In this document: positions 35,151 through 48,880 of the stretch, one piece after another
Layout: each line of letters begins with the position of its first letter
Position numbering within the stretch: position 1 is the stretch's first letter
DNA from: Antedon mediterranea
Taxonomy: Eukaryota > Animalia > Echinodermata
NCBI RefSeq assembly: GCF_964355755.1
Contig: NC_092670.1
Location: 4,392,201-4,456,200, forward strand
Reading direction: 5' to 3'
DNA: 64,000 nt
Made by a program: the position numbers and the translations under genes
Notes under the pieces: model-generated
What the model saw: the letters and a program-made list of their open reading frames with translations, nothing else
The model's database searches: none
What the model was told of the DNA's origin: nothing

Positions 35151-38100
35151 TTACCATTGACTCCATACATTATTATATAAGATCATAAGGAATCGATAAG
35201 ATATAGGATAAATTCAAGAGGAGATATTGCAGTCAATTCCCGTGAAAATCCTTTAAAAGAGTCTGCTATTGTACTCATATTGAAACCCCACCCCAAATAA
35301 CGACCCGGCCAACATATAGAGGTAATGCATACATTCCATAATCTAGAATTGAGTTCCACTCTGAAAATATTAAAGGCAATGCCATTTAAATTCCTATTTC
35401 CATGTATTTTTCTACACACCTTTTAGTGGGACCCGATGAGGAAGGGGATGGAATGAAAAGAAAAAAAATTAATGGGGCAAATGTTCATGTATACTAAACC
35501 ATTGATATCTGCTTTCTATTCCTTTTTTTACCCTATGTATTAATTCCCAAATATATACATTATACCAGTTAAATAAAGTAATAAAGAAATGTAAAAAAGG
35601 CGTGGAAGCAACAAGGAATTGACAGTTCAGATGACATTGACGTTAAGTTGAGTCCAGAAAGAATGAAGTTTGGAAGTACGTTTTAGTAAAAATTGACAGC
35701 AATCACATCACGTTATAACTAGCCTGATCAAATTACTTTTAAACAAAGAATAATCATTTCATCTTTTGGGCATTCGTTCTTTGCGTCAAATCTGAGCTAT
35801 AAAGTTTTACAATCAGCTAAGAATTATGAAAAAGAGATCAGAGGCTATCGGGGCTAGTTTAATCCGGTTTCATATTAGGAACCATAGCAATAGTTGAAGT
35901 GGATTTTCGACTGTTTATATATCGCATGAGTTAGGATTAAGAGGAGTTTTTGATAGATTAAGCCACGCGTAAAGATTAAGTTTGCGCGTGAGAGATAAAG
36001 GTTTATAGATCGAAATGTGAGAGTGGTACACAGGTTCGGCAAGGGAAACATTCTCAGGTACAATTCAAACTATAAAACATTGTTGCCGTGTATTGCTGGA
36101 TATTTCCACTTGCTGAGCTACAACTCAGTCGAAGACAAAGAAGATTAGGATTTTGCAAGTTTACGGTTAAGCTTTAAACCCAATGGCCGTCTTATACTAC
36201 AACAAGTAGGTGCTTTAAGCAGGCCACTGCGTAAATATCGTTTTTTTAGATTTACAAGTCACTTAGCGCCAATAAAACATGTTGACAGCCACAGCAAACG
36301 TGTATCTATTTTACCTCATTTGTTATAACACTTCCGACTCATAACATGAAAGTACTTGTGCAGTATGTAATTTCTAATGTTGATAAAAATTACCAATTTC
36401 ATTTAAAAAAAATGTTTTCAAAGGCCATTGACTTATTAGTTAATTTTCGAAAAAGCAATGTTTGTTTTATCGGAATTTAGTGGCTTAAATCAATCGACTT
36501 CTTCGCATCTGCTTAACAATTTGCAATCATCATCATCGTCTGAATTTGAAGAAGAATTAGCTCGATTGATTTTGATAATAAATATATAAATATCATATCT
36601 TGCGGTTAGTGTGTCTATCAGTGCTTATGTGTTTATTTTAAGTAAAAGGTATATTGTCCACCATGAACAATGAAGATGAATTTAATAATTTGAATAAAGT
36701 AAGGCCTATTTTCTTCTTTAAAAAAAACCTTGTTTTTTATAAGTAAGCAAAAGACCGTTTGTCTGACAATTTGTTTGATTTGAGTTTTTTTCAGGTAATT
36801 TTTGTTTTTCTGATCCAATTTTAGGTAAAAGTTATTAACTATCAACATTTTTTAGAGGGACAATATATCTTTAATAAAATATTAGTATAATTTAATAATG
36901 AAGAATATTTTTAATGTATTCACTATTTATTTTTTTTAATAGGTTTTCTTAATTTAAATCAAACTAGAAATCCAACTACAAAATATGCGCGTTTAATTAA
37001 TGTTATATAAATGTATATATAGGCCTAAATTAAAATAATATATCAGTAAATTGTGTTTTTCTTCAATGCGTCGCGAAATATCTGTAGACAATGTATGATA
37101 CAGACGGACTTTTCAGTTTCTTTTCTATCTGTTATGCATCAGATTAAGAATTAACACTCTGGTGGTTGTAGGCCACTATAGTATAATTGTAATGTAGGCC
37201 TACTTCCAAATGATAATTGTTATCCATTACAGAGCAGTTTACCATAGACCTATACGTCAAATGTAAACGGCAATGAACAGATGTGGACATCGTAATGTTT
37301 GGTGTTGACTATTGTTTGTGGATAACGATACTATTATCATTTAACGTTGGACACGGGTTCATGAAAACACTGACACGTGACTCTTGTGACGTGCCACGCG
37401 TCACAGCAAGACACGCTCGTGTATAGCAATATGTTAAACGGAAAGAGAGAAATAATCACCAAACGCTTTTACCCCTGTACTGACTGAACTGACCACTAAT
37501 AGCATTCATTATCAATACAATTTGTTATGGTGTTCTTTTTGTAATATGTTAAAGTTAGACCAAGGCCTACTGGCACATTTAAACTAATGTGTTACTTGTG
37601 TAGGCCTAATGTGATAACTGTAGGCCTATTCAAATAAACCGATTATACTTATTATATGACTTTAATTTGTTCGTAGGTATTGTATTGATTATTTGATCTT
37701 TCTGATATTTATGTTGAATTTAATTGCCTTACGGCAACATCATCAACATTTTTTATACATATGCCTGCCTTACCATACACATTCAAAATATAATCTAGTG
37801 CGTATAGAAAGAAAAAGTTAAGGAAAATAAGTCTAGCCTAAGAAATTTTGTTAATAGATAATCTGCTTCGTCTTATTACAAAATGACAAAGTGACATAAT
37901 ATGCTGCTTGTTGAGAGATCTTTTTTTTCATTTCTGGTTTTATTCATTCTACTCATTTCAATATAAACATTGAATTGAGAGTGAATTACATATACAAATG
38001 CACAATAATAAAAAACAGTTTTTAAATCATTAAAATCTCTGAACATCAAACAGTTAAAAACATTAAAATCTCTGAACTTCAATACAATTTCAAGAGATAT

Positions 38101-39252
38101 TACAAATTCTAAATCTTTAAAAACAAGACAATTATATTTCATCTCATTAAATATTACTGATTGAATTAGCTCTAGAATGTGAATCGTAAATAAGAATTTG
38201 TCAATACATTTTGTGTTTACTTCGTGGTTGCACTATGCACTTTCTTTAATACAAATTTACAAAATATTCCAGATTAGACATGAATTTTGTTTTGGTTTTA
38301 ACAACAAAGAGATGTTTTAAAAGGAAAAAACACCATATATCTATAATTGTTTACGAGCAAAAATAAATTGATATGAATGAGTTGTGGAAATAAAAGGATA
38401 AAAACTTAATATGAGACGATTTAAAGGATAAATTAAACTTATTCAATGTTCGGTTACACAATACAAAAGCATTTTTACTGTAAATGCGTCAACATGAAGA
38501 GACAGTTAAATGGCACGTACGCAAGTTGTAATTTGTAGCAGCATTTGTACGCACGCGCCAAAGTGTGCAAACTGGCAACTGGCAAAGTTACTATAAACAT
38601 GTATTTATACTTATAATTTGATGTGTCTAAGTTTTGACGATTGTTTTTAATTTTCGCAAAATTCCAAAGAATGCATAGACCTATCCTAATTACTGATTTA
38701 TACAATTTAATGTACAGTTGAAAATGTCATGTAATTAAATCTAATACACGACTAAAAAGTGCACACATACAGTACAGGTTGATACCATTACCATAAGCCT
38801 CAGTTGTTATGCTGTAGGCCTATGGTTTAAAATTGAATTAAACAGAATTGGTATAATTGCATTATACTGTTTAATCTTGTTATATCTTACTCTTAATAGA
38901 CATTATATCCGTTTTAAACGCATTTCAAATTTCACAAAACGAAAAGCAGACATTTGTCTTAATAGTATTAAGTTGTTAATGTTCATGTTTTTATATTTAT
39001 GTTAGCGGTTAAATTAGAAACGAAAATTTGATATTACTCATATACCTATGTGTGTAGAGTAGCATCGACGATAATGGAAACTGCAGTACGGTCTAACACG
39101 TAAATACCGGTAACCTTTAGCCTATTGAAGAAATTAGTTTTTAAAGTTTCAGTAAATGACATGTTACCAATAAGCGTGCCTATTGAAAAATAGTTATCCA
39201 TCTGTTTAAAACAAAAGCAAATTATTATTATAAAATTAGGCCTACATATCGG

Positions 39253-39350
39253 AACAAGGCCATATACATGACTGCAGTCACTTGCTCAAGTTAGTGTTTA
39301 CCGACCGACCGACCAACCGACCGACATAGTGAGCTGTACGCGATTAAAAA
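39253..39350 (-). mobile_element. Short Helentron-like non-autonomous element (HINE/DINE-1 type)
   Basis: AACAAGGCCATATACATGACTGCAGTC...(CCGA)n...ACGCGATTAAAAA; same family as 46458 and 60891. Confidence 0.65.
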
Positions 39351-40117
39351 TGTCTTGCTTTTCCTAAATGTTCTAATGATGGTAAACCTAAGTAATAATT
39401 AATGCTATGAACATAGTACATTATCGTATATATATTTTCCTCTATGACACAGTACTGAAACGTGCACGTATATTGGCATTGAGCCAAGAAATCCGACATT
39501 CATTAGACATGCGCCAGTCGATGACTCATAGTTAAATGCGTAATTGAAGTGTATATCAATTTGAAGCATTAGCAAAGAAATCTCGCGGGAAAATGGATAA
39601 CAGGCTGAAGTGAGACAGTCCCCCATGGGTCCCATCACGGGCTATAACACCAAGACATTTGTAGGCTATATCTAACTTGCAAACAAGACGCTTGATTACG
39701 CATGTGATCTCAACTCCACGAATATATTATTTAAAATATTCATAAAAAACTACGATAATAATTTTAGTCGGGATTTATACAAAGTATTGGTCACAATATC
39801 TGTATTGGTTTTATTAGTGTTTGTAGTGCAACGTAAAACCTCATTAGACTATTAATTTACAGTGGCTATAATTAACGCATTTGATATGGTAACAAATTGG
39901 AGTTAGGATTTCTTTTAAGTGCCTTTGTCCAGAAGTTAAAGAATTTTTAGATGTTTTTTCACAAGTTGTTGTGCAGATAGACCTATATATTTATGACTGG
40001 ATGGAAGTAATTCAATAATATTTGAAGGGCAGCTTTGCCGTCAATTTTCAGATCATCTAATGCTACAACTAAACATTTTTTTTTGCCCAGAAGTTATAGA
40101 ATTACCGTACTAAGTAA

Positions 40118-40251
40118 TGCTCTGTCTACACTATCAAACTTTATGTGACAAAAAATGTGATGTGCCCATATATGGACATGGTGACGTTTTATCCGTACCA
40201 TATTTAGGCACATCACGCCTTTTTCAACTAGTTTGATCGTATAGACAGAGT
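40118..40251. mobile_element. MITE family A copy
   Basis: Both TIRs and core present. Confidence 0.82.
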
Positions 40252-42686
40252 TTACATTAGGTATACATTAACATATGTCTATTAAAGTAGTACATACTTA
40301 GCATTATAACCTACACATGCATAACCAGTAAAGCGCATTCCTTTTTTGGACCGGTTTTCGTTGTCATGATTTTACGCAATCTGTAGTAGGCCTACAGTAG
40401 GCCTAATATAGTTTTTGAAGACCTACCTTGCCACCGATTTACATTTGTATAATTTAAAATGATCTTCCCTTTTTTTTTGGATCAAAAATCTGTTATTACT
40501 TACTTGTTATGCTTAATCTACACGTTATAGGATTATTTTTTAATGGACCTACATTGCACTTCTAAATGTATATAAAACACATCTCATTTGGAAACACAAA
40601 CACACGGTACGATTAAAATGATTTTGAAGTACAGCATAATTATTAGTTTTATTAGAAAAGCTATACATGTCCAAAATAAAAGATTTAAAAAAATCACTTT
40701 GTTTCTCACACGAACTAAGTAAACTATAAAATAATTTTTCTACTAAAGTTAATTCTTATCTGTAATTTGTTCATTAGAGGTCTAAAAATATAAATATTAT
40801 AGTAGGCCTAGTCAAGTAGTGTTTGCGTGATTCAACTCCAAACTTAGGCCAGAGGGTTTATTTTTATATTTTTACTTATAGCTAGCCTTACATAGGCCTA
40901 GTAGTTACAAATAAATGACCAACAATCACCTGTATTACGGTATCTCTTTGTAGGCCTATCAACGGGTTTCCTTTTGTCTTAACTATTATTCTTAACTTTT
41001 TATGTAATAGGATGGAGAAAAATGATATTTAAAATATAATTAGAAAACATATAAACAAAACAGCCTTGATTTAAAAGTGCCTATACAACAGCAGAAGAAT
41101 AGGCTTATTCGTTTTTACAACCTAAATAGCTTTGCATTGAAATTATTTAAAAAAAACAATTATTCCATGTTTACTTATTTGATTGCATAGTAGTAGTATG
41201 TTGAAAGTAGAACAATTCTTTAATTGCGAGTTCCATTCATCTCTTTATTGTTTTCGAGAGGACATAAAAAGAATCGTAATTGCACTTCAGCAATACAATC
41301 ACGTATTTTGCTAACAATTATTGTGCTTATTATTATTATATATTGTTTGCAATCTCCACCATCGTTCATCTTTTTGACTGATTGTCTGCCTATCCATTGA
41401 CACTGATCAGTAAGCATATAACCGTTGGGTATAGAATATTTAAAACATATCAGTAATATATAGAAGTTATAAAGCATTAAGATCTTTTAGTAGCAAGAGA
41501 GTTGAATCTCGTCGCCCGAGGGAGTGCACTTCTTCCCCGTTGGATTACTTTACTAAACAAAGGCTTCATTATGCTAAACAGGCTAAAGTCTTTGTTCGTT
41601 TTTGTGTCGTAAAGAAAATGTTTACATTTAGCTTCTGTCATGTTTAGTGACTGATTGGCTGCTAAATGGAACTTCCAAGTTCAAATTGTGAAAATTTACA
41701 CCTGAAATGGAACGCTTGGGTGCGCATGTCTCATATTAGATGCATAAAGAGGAAAAGATAAGCCGAGTATTATTTTAATGAGAGAGAATAACATTTAGAA
41801 TGAATAGTCAATGATTCATCTGTCTGTTGTCATCAATTTTGGGCCTATCCCATACTATACCTCGATGTATACCTCAATTATTTACCTATTTAAATGTTAA
41901 AATTGTAGTAATTAGTATAATTTTTATTGTATATCAATATAATATTAACGGAAAGAGATCATTTCTAAACCACCCAGGAGAGGTATATGAATATAGATAA
42001 ATGCTATATAAAATGTTATATAGACTAAATTAACAAATAGATCAAGTTGTGTTTTTCAATGGCCCAATAAGATATCATAGCCTTACAAAGTGTCGATAAA
42101 GAACTGGAATTTAGAGATTGTGACGTCTCACAAGTCGATGATTGCCAAGTTAGATTCTACGCGCGGTATCTATTTCTGGATTGTAGACTTACGATGACTA
42201 CCTTAATCATGAATAGATTATCTGGTTTTATAGCCCGTAAATAAGGTGAAACAGTACCGTAACAAAGCAAGTTCACGTTACATCAACCTCAAATTACCCA
42301 CAGTTGTTAAAAATCTTCACGCTCATCTATAGAATAATTAAGTTTTTGTGGAATAAGCTTAAATCGCATTTTAATAACTATAATAATGCATACTATGAAT
42401 ACAAATTGTTTTGATTTGACGGAGTGACCCAGTTCATTTTACAGCTAATCGCTAGAAGTCTAGTATATAAGCATATACGTACAATCCCATCAATTATTTA
42501 TATTATATAACATGTTCATGAAATACAACTGACTCCAATTAAAGAGAGGGAATTCATAATTTAACATTTCGATCTTTATTTTGATCATAAGCGTCAAGTT
42601 GGTAGCAGTGCGTCGATTACACGCACATTGACGCGTGCGCACATTTAAGCCGCTTCCAGTCCGACAGTTTGAATGCGCCAGCATAT

Positions 42687-42846
42687 AGCTCTGTCTACAC
42701 TATCAAACTAGTTTGAAAAAGGTGTGATGTGCCCAAATAATTATGGTAGTGATATGGTTTATTATGGTTGTGATATGACATCATTATGTCCATATACATC
42801 ACGTTTTTTATTTTGTCACATAAAGTTTGATAATGTAGACAGAGCT
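42687..42846. mobile_element. MITE family A copy, ~400 bp upstream of the NeuroD coding exon
   Basis: AGCTCTGTCTACACTATCAAACT...AGTTTGATAATGTAGACAGAGCT. Confidence 0.87.
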
Positions 42847-43253
42847 TAAAATTATGAGTTTTCTTTTCTCGTTGATGGTGCATAGAATGTATGCACTTAA
42901 TATTGCCCTTGATGTGTAAGCTATGCCATCACTTTTGTAAGTGAAAATTGTAGTAAACATTTATGCGAAATTACACCACTTAAGAGTCGCAAATTAAAAT
43001 TACTTGATTTATTTAGTTTGGCGATATTAAATTGAGATAAAACTTGTTTTCAATTTCCGGCGAATAACCACGTGTAATTTACAGACATGGATTTGTATAA
43101 ATTGATAAAATAGCCACTCTAGATCCGGGCACAGCAGGGTAGAGATTATAACATATCTTTATCCTGATGAGCTGTTTAATTTTATTATATCTATATCATT
43201 AGTTATTAAACTTGATTTGATGTTTTTATTTTATAGGAAAAAGAGAACTTAGC

Positions 43254-44300
43254 ATGCCCAGTGCTGTTGTTTCGGAAATAAAAGTTGGTCAGGAAAGCCT
43301 AGACAAGTTGGGAAATATAAAAAAAATGAGTGAAATTACTGAAGAAGAAAATACAAAATTAACCAGTAAAACTGAGCAGCATGGAAAGTCGTCAAAGAAA
43401 CAAGGCGTCAAAAAGGGAAGGCTGACAAAGAAGCAAAAACAAGAAACAACTGAAAATGGCGAGAAGCCTCCACCAAAACGACGCGGTCCTAAAAAGAAGA
43501 AAATGACTCCAGCAAGAGTGTTTAAGCTAAAACAACGCCGTGTAAAGGCAAATACAAGAGAAAGGTCGCGCATGCATGGCCTGAATATGGCGCTTGATCT
43601 TCTGCGAAAAGTCGTTCCGTGTTACTCGACGAATCAAAAGTTGTCGAAAATTGAAACTTTGAGGCTTGCTAAAAACTACATAAGTGCCTTGTCGGAAATA
43701 TTACGCTCTGGCTCAGTCCCAGATACAGTTTCGTTTGCGCAGACGCTGTCTGAAGGACTCTCTCAGCCAACGAGTAACCTCGTTGCAGGATGTATGCAGT
43801 TGAATCCCAGAACTCTACTTCCAGAAGCAAGCGCACAAAGATTGCAAGATCAATATGATTGGCCATTAAAAGATATCATTGTAAATAATCAATACGGACA
43901 TAAACAACCCAGTAATTATATGAATTCATTCCACGAGAGTAATCAGCTGTCTTGCGGATACACCAGTATGTTTTATACAGATCCAAATGTTGTCAACTAC
44001 CAGCAAGTATACAATTCTAATACACTGCAATTCCAAAGCTCACCACTTGTGGCAGGAACCGAGATTCATGGACCAACGCCCCCAACCACGCCAAACTTCT
44101 CAGATTCTGTTCCTATGAATACTGATTATACGTCATTAATAACATCATCAACTTCGTCGTGTGACCTCAATTCTGAATGTAGTAGCAGTAGTAGTAACAG
44201 TGGCGATTCTTTTGATTGCGACGTCACACCACTAGACGGAAAGGATCTGACGTTACTGTCGTCTGCATCTGAACAAGATTTTCTAGACCAATACGTTTGA
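43254..44300 (+). CDS. NEUROD: NeuroD-family bHLH transcription factor (348 aa, single coding exon)
   Basis: [16 protein letters not shown], b[59 protein letters not shown], and NeuroD-specific [28 protein letters not shown]. Splice acceptor TTTTATAG at 43235-43236; AATAAA at ~45132 and ~45220. Confidence 0.97.
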   Translation: MPSAVVSEIKVGQESLDKLGNIKKMSEITEEENTKLTSKTEQHGKSSKKQGVKKGRLTKKQKQETTENGEKPPPKRRGPKKKKMTPARVFKLKQRRVKANTRERSRMHGLNMALDLLRKVVPCYSTNQKLSKIETLRLAKNYISALSEILRSGSVPDTVSFAQTLSEGLSQPTSNLVAGCMQLNPRTLLPEASAQRLQDQYDWPLKDIIVNNQYGHKQPSNYMNSFHESNQLSCGYTSMFYTDPNVVNYQQVYNSNTLQFQSSPLVAGTEIHGPTPPTTPNFSDSVPMNTDYTSLITSSTSSCDLNSECSSSSSNSGDSFDCDVTPLDGKDLTLLSSASEQDFLDQYV

Positions 44301-45348
44301 TGTTGCTGCTGTTTAAAAACTTTTATAATGTATACGCTAATTGTAGGCCTACTGCCTTGGTTTGCCATCATAACTTGAATTGATCGGCAGGTCACAAGAA
44401 ATAATATTATGTTCCTATGACTATCGTGCAGCTAGCTGAGAGCAAAACCAATAATTAAAAGTTTATACTTATCATTCCATTTTGATAAAATAAGAAACCA
44501 TTCATCCATTACTGTGATATTCATGTATTTTTTAAAGGTTTTATGTAATACTGTGCCATTTAAGACTTTCTTACTAATTTTCATGAAAAAACATACATGA
44601 TATGTAACAAACAATACGTTAGATAATTTAAGTACTGAAATAATGAAATTTTGATGATGTCTAATTTAATGCAATAATTTGTTAAAACTGGCAAGATGCC
44701 AACTGAAGTGTGTTCTACAGCAATTTTCGTAAATCATTCCATAGGGTGTGTAAATAACACATGTTTAATATAAGAGTAAATTACCTTGGTTGGAATGGTC
44801 CATATTTGTTTGGGATTTCTGGATTAGATTATGTATAAATTGGGATGTTTCTAATGGTTTATTTGGTAACTAAGTTGTCGGGACACCACGATCTATACCT
44901 CATCATGACGTATTGACACACAATGTACATAATCCAAGCGGGTGTAGTATCAACATTGAAATGCGCACACCATATTGACGTCTTCGTCGTATATTAACAA
45001 CTAGATTTTCTTTTTCATTTTGGAAATTGATGATGTTAATCTATACTGTAAATTAACGAATAATGTGCGTCATTGTAAATATGCCTACAATTTGCTCATG
45101 TGCGATACTAAATATTTGGTGGTTATTACTAAATAAATGCAATAATGTAAAGTTACGTCAAGCTGCTAATAATTTAATGTACATATCCACATAGTTAATG
45201 TTAATTCAGATTTGTTTGCAATAAATGCGTCAGTGATTTTCATCATAAACGCGTTTTATCTCATGATAACACAGCTGCAATGTTAAATCATGGCGTTAAT
45301 ATAGATTCTGTTTTTATAAAAACGTCAATACTTGAGAATGCTAATGTT

Positions 45349-45498
45349 GGTTCCAACTATAGAGACAACACAATGACGTAGACGCAATGCAAGAAAGTTG
45401 ACCAATGACAAGCTACAGTTCAAATAATCCATCGCTTGTGATTGGTCAAATCACCTACGTTACATCACGTCTTTGAAAATTGTCGCTAGTAGGCACCA
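45349..45498. mobile_element. Degenerate palindromic MITE
   Basis: TTGACCAATGACAAGC / GCTTGTGATTGGTCAA inner arms; GGTTCCAACTA / TAGTAGGCACC outer ends. Confidence 0.55.
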
Positions 45499-45708
45499 AC
45501 ACATCTCTATAATTTAAGAGTAAACACTTCAACTGTATTCCTAGTTGTACAGAAATAATATTGTATACATTGGATCATGAAGAAACAATTTCACCAGCAT
45601 TGTCTATAACTTAATTATTTAATTAATAAGAATTGCAAGACTACATTTGGTGACCTTATAAGAGAGTTGCTTAATACTGTTTTAAACCATTTTAGCCTTA
45701 ATTAGCCT

Positions 45709-45808
45709 ATTCACGATTCAGACTGCGCATGATCTTACATAGTTAGCACGTATGCAAATCAGTTTAACACGTGCAATATTTTACTCATGCGCAGTTTGAA
45801 CCGTGATT
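45709..45808. repeat. Short inverted repeat (MITE-like)
   Basis: ATTCACGATTCAGACTGCGCATGA / TCATGCGCAGTTTGAACCGTGATT. Confidence 0.55.
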
Positions 45809-46295
45809 AGTATAATATGTATCGCTAAGAAAATAACATTCCTTTTAGTCTTCCATTTTAATGAAAAAATGAGAGTCTGAACATTTTTTAAAGGTATGCA
45901 TTTTTTAGACATTTTCATGTTTTCGTACAACAATGTTTTTTTTTATCTAAAAAGCTCTGTTTACGTGTTACGTAATTAAATCGTCATGTTTTGTCAATGG
46001 GTATTGGAAAGAATAAAGACGAATTTCATTTGAATCATTTGTTTTGTTAAACTGTTATGTGAAACGAAAGGTTGGTAAAATATGTCCACTTTAGGGACTG
46101 TAATTATCAATAGGGGTCGAGGACGCTGTTGTTGTCAGATTTTATCAACCCCGCTCAGAGATCACCACCTCCCTATCTGTGAATTCGCAGTCAACCACGT
46201 CTACATTATGACGCCATTAAAGGCTACGCAGGCCTAAGAGAGATGAGAGATTAAATAAACTGTTATTTTACAGATGCTTGATGTTTTTTAGACGC

Positions 46296-46457
46296 ATGTG
46301 GCCGAGCGGTTACGGTAGGGTCGCCGGATACCATATCCACAACCTCGCCAGAGGTTCAAGGCATTCCTGGATCATTTTAGTTCTGGTAGTAGAACAAGTC
46401 TTCTCAGACTGGAGTCCCTTACACATCTAAATGCTGATGCGTAGGCCTACATTAAGG
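46296..46457 (+). mobile_element. Degenerate 5' part of a tRNA-SINE related to 555-866
   Basis: GTGGCCGAGCGGTTA, GGTTCAAGGC, GTTCTGGTAGTAGAACAAGTCTTCTC. Confidence 0.65.
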
Positions 46458-47163
46458 AACAAGGCCATATAGATGGCTACAGTCGCGTGCTCATTAGTGT
46501 TTACCGACCGAACGACCAACCTACCAACTGACCAAAATGACTGAACATGTTTAAAAATGTTGAAATGTTTATAAACATTTATATTTTTTTAATTTACACG
46601 TGCGTAGCCTGTCACTTTTGACGTGCTCGTATAACATAACTTCGAGTTGAAAAGTAAGTGAAGAAAACAGAAATCGGGCAAAAAGAGTGCGCAATAACAT
46701 TTAACGCGCGCAAAAATCTGCGCACTCATGGCAATTTTGTAAACGCTTAAAATTGCCTGAAACGTACTCTTATTTTATCGAAAATAAATTTTGAAAATGT
46801 TAAGCGCGTGTACGCATGCGTTACATGCGCTACGCACGTAATTGTATTGCCATATGATGATTTATGCCCTGAAATGTATGAGTACCAAATTTTATTTAAT
46901 TGTGATTCATGGTTGTGAAGATATGATTACAAACGTGATTTTGTTAAATCGTGCGTACACCGCGTAATTTTTTATTGCGCACCGTGAAAACGTAACCACG
47001 CCGATTCCTGGCCATAAGGGAATATACTGTGAAAAATTGACTTAGCTAAATTAAACTGATATCAAGATAAGGTCAGAAAGCGATAAAACGCATAGTGATA
47101 CCCGACCGAGCGACAGACCGACCGACCTAGTGAACTATAGAGTCGCGTCCACGCGACTAAAAA
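46458..47163 (-). mobile_element. ~700-bp Helentron-like non-autonomous element (HINE/DINE-1 architecture)
   Basis: Minus strand: T-run + AGTCGCGTGGACGCGACT (subTIR with adjacent inverted copy), (GGTC)n microsatellite, 3' subTIR CACGCGACT + hairpin GCCATCTATATGGC + CTTGTT. Confidence 0.72.
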
Positions 47164-48056
47164 CGGTGATAGCTAGACGACATGAATATACCATTAAGAG
47201 AGAGGGACGTCGTACTACTGTGGGCAATTTAACCCAGTATATTTTTGAACATAGACTGACCATTTACAAAAGTTTCCTTGGAAACTCCGGATCGGACGGT
47301 AGCAGCTTAGTAATCGGAACCATCAGTTAATATATTGTAAACACACATTCTGTCTGTGATGCTGTCACACGATGCATTTATTCCACTTATAATTGACGTG
47401 ATAAGTCTGAAAACACAACATCGAATCCACAAGAAGAAATCGCAAACCATACCTCCAGAGGAACCCAAAACTGTGTGTCGATATAGAGGGCGCACTATTT
47501 CAGTTTAGCGTCAACCTGTAGAAAAGGAAGTTAGATGACTCAGGGCGATTGTCATCAAATCGATGCAATAATATTGGTGCACCAATCATATTTTTTAGCA
47601 ATTAAATTGTGCGGTCCACGCACAATTTGTGCTATGGGAGAATGCATTATGGTAAAGGTCTTTCACAATAAAGTATTATTGAAAAAGTCAGCTTGCGCAT
47701 GCACAGTGGTTGCTATAAATATTACAAAATAATATAAGAATAGGACCTCAGTGCACGCGACCTCGATAACCGGCTGTTAATGTTTCGTAGACCTATCGTA
47801 GATTTGTTTTAAAAACCTCCAAGAATGGTGACATTTTGAAAATTGCAATGCTGCCACATGGGTGGATTCAAGGGGGACCCTTTCACAAATTGTAATGCAA
47901 AAGATAGGACATAAAATTAAGTTCAGCACTACATTTCACTACTTTTAGGCCTTTAGGCCCCCATCAAAAATCGGATCCGCCACTGAGTGCATGACATTTG
48001 GTTGAGTTGAACTCTAATTTTTACAATTGCATTGACAGTCCACGTATTGTAGCTTG

Positions 48057-48880
48057 TATGGAACGCCGTTTACGCAACATTTCGATGATATGAATTTTAT
48101 GACGCGATATGTGAATGAAATGCATCGATATGAATTAAATGGTGCGATATATGAATGAAATGTTTTGAATCGAATGCTTTGAATTGAATATTTTGAATGA
48201 AATGTTTTGAATGAAATGTTTTGAATGAAATGTTTTGAATGAAATGTTTTGAATGAAATGTTTTGAATGAAATGTTTTGAATGAAATGTTTTGAATGAAA
48301 TGTTTGAATTGAATTGAAAAGTCAAACTATTGGTGGCGTATATCATTCTCGCTCGCGATTATTTTCTCAACCTCTTAGGCCTAAGCCTGGGTACCCTCAT
48401 CTGCTTTCTTCCACGCTGCCTTTACAGAGAATCCTAACAGACCTGGGTTCGGAAATATGTATTCCAATGTTTCAGGTCTGTTAGGGAGTCTCTGTAAAGG
48501 ATTCATATTGATGACAGCGTTGAAAGGAGATGAGGGTACCCATGCTTAGGCCTAGGCCTATTAAGGGTTGAAAAAAAATCGCGAGCGGGAATGACATACG
48601 CCGCCAATAGTTTGACTTTTCAATTCAATTCAAACATTTCATTCAAAACATTTAATTCAAAACATTTCATTCAAAACATTTCATTCAAAACATTTTATTC
48701 AAAACATTCAATTCAAAATATTTCATTCAAAACATTTCATTCAAAACATTCAATTCAAAGCATTCAATTCAAAACATTTCATTCATATATCACGCCATTC
48801 AATTCATATCGATGCATTTCATTCACATATCGCGTCATAAAATTCATATCATCGAAATGTTGCGTAAGCGGCGTTCCATA
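48057..48880. mobile_element. 824-bp foldback element with TAT..ATA termini and 6-bp TSD (IS3EU-like, non-autonomous)
   Basis: Arms TATGGAACGCCG.TTACGCAACATTTCGATG / CATCGAAATGTTGCGTAAGCGGCGTTCCATA; TSD AGCTTG at 48051-48056 and 48881-48886; internal 14-bp GAATGAAATGTTTT tandem repeats mirrored in both arms. Confidence 0.88.

Noticed and set aside
47307-47515. Minus-strand open frame after a good acceptor (VDAKLKIVRPLYRHTVLG...)
   Set aside because: No recognisable homology or linked exons; cannot be distinguished from chance or a non-coding exon.
47856-47985. Degenerate CAGTGGCGGATC-type TIR element
   Set aside because: Only the right end (GGATCCGCCACTG) is convincing; the left TIR is eroded and no TSD is visible.
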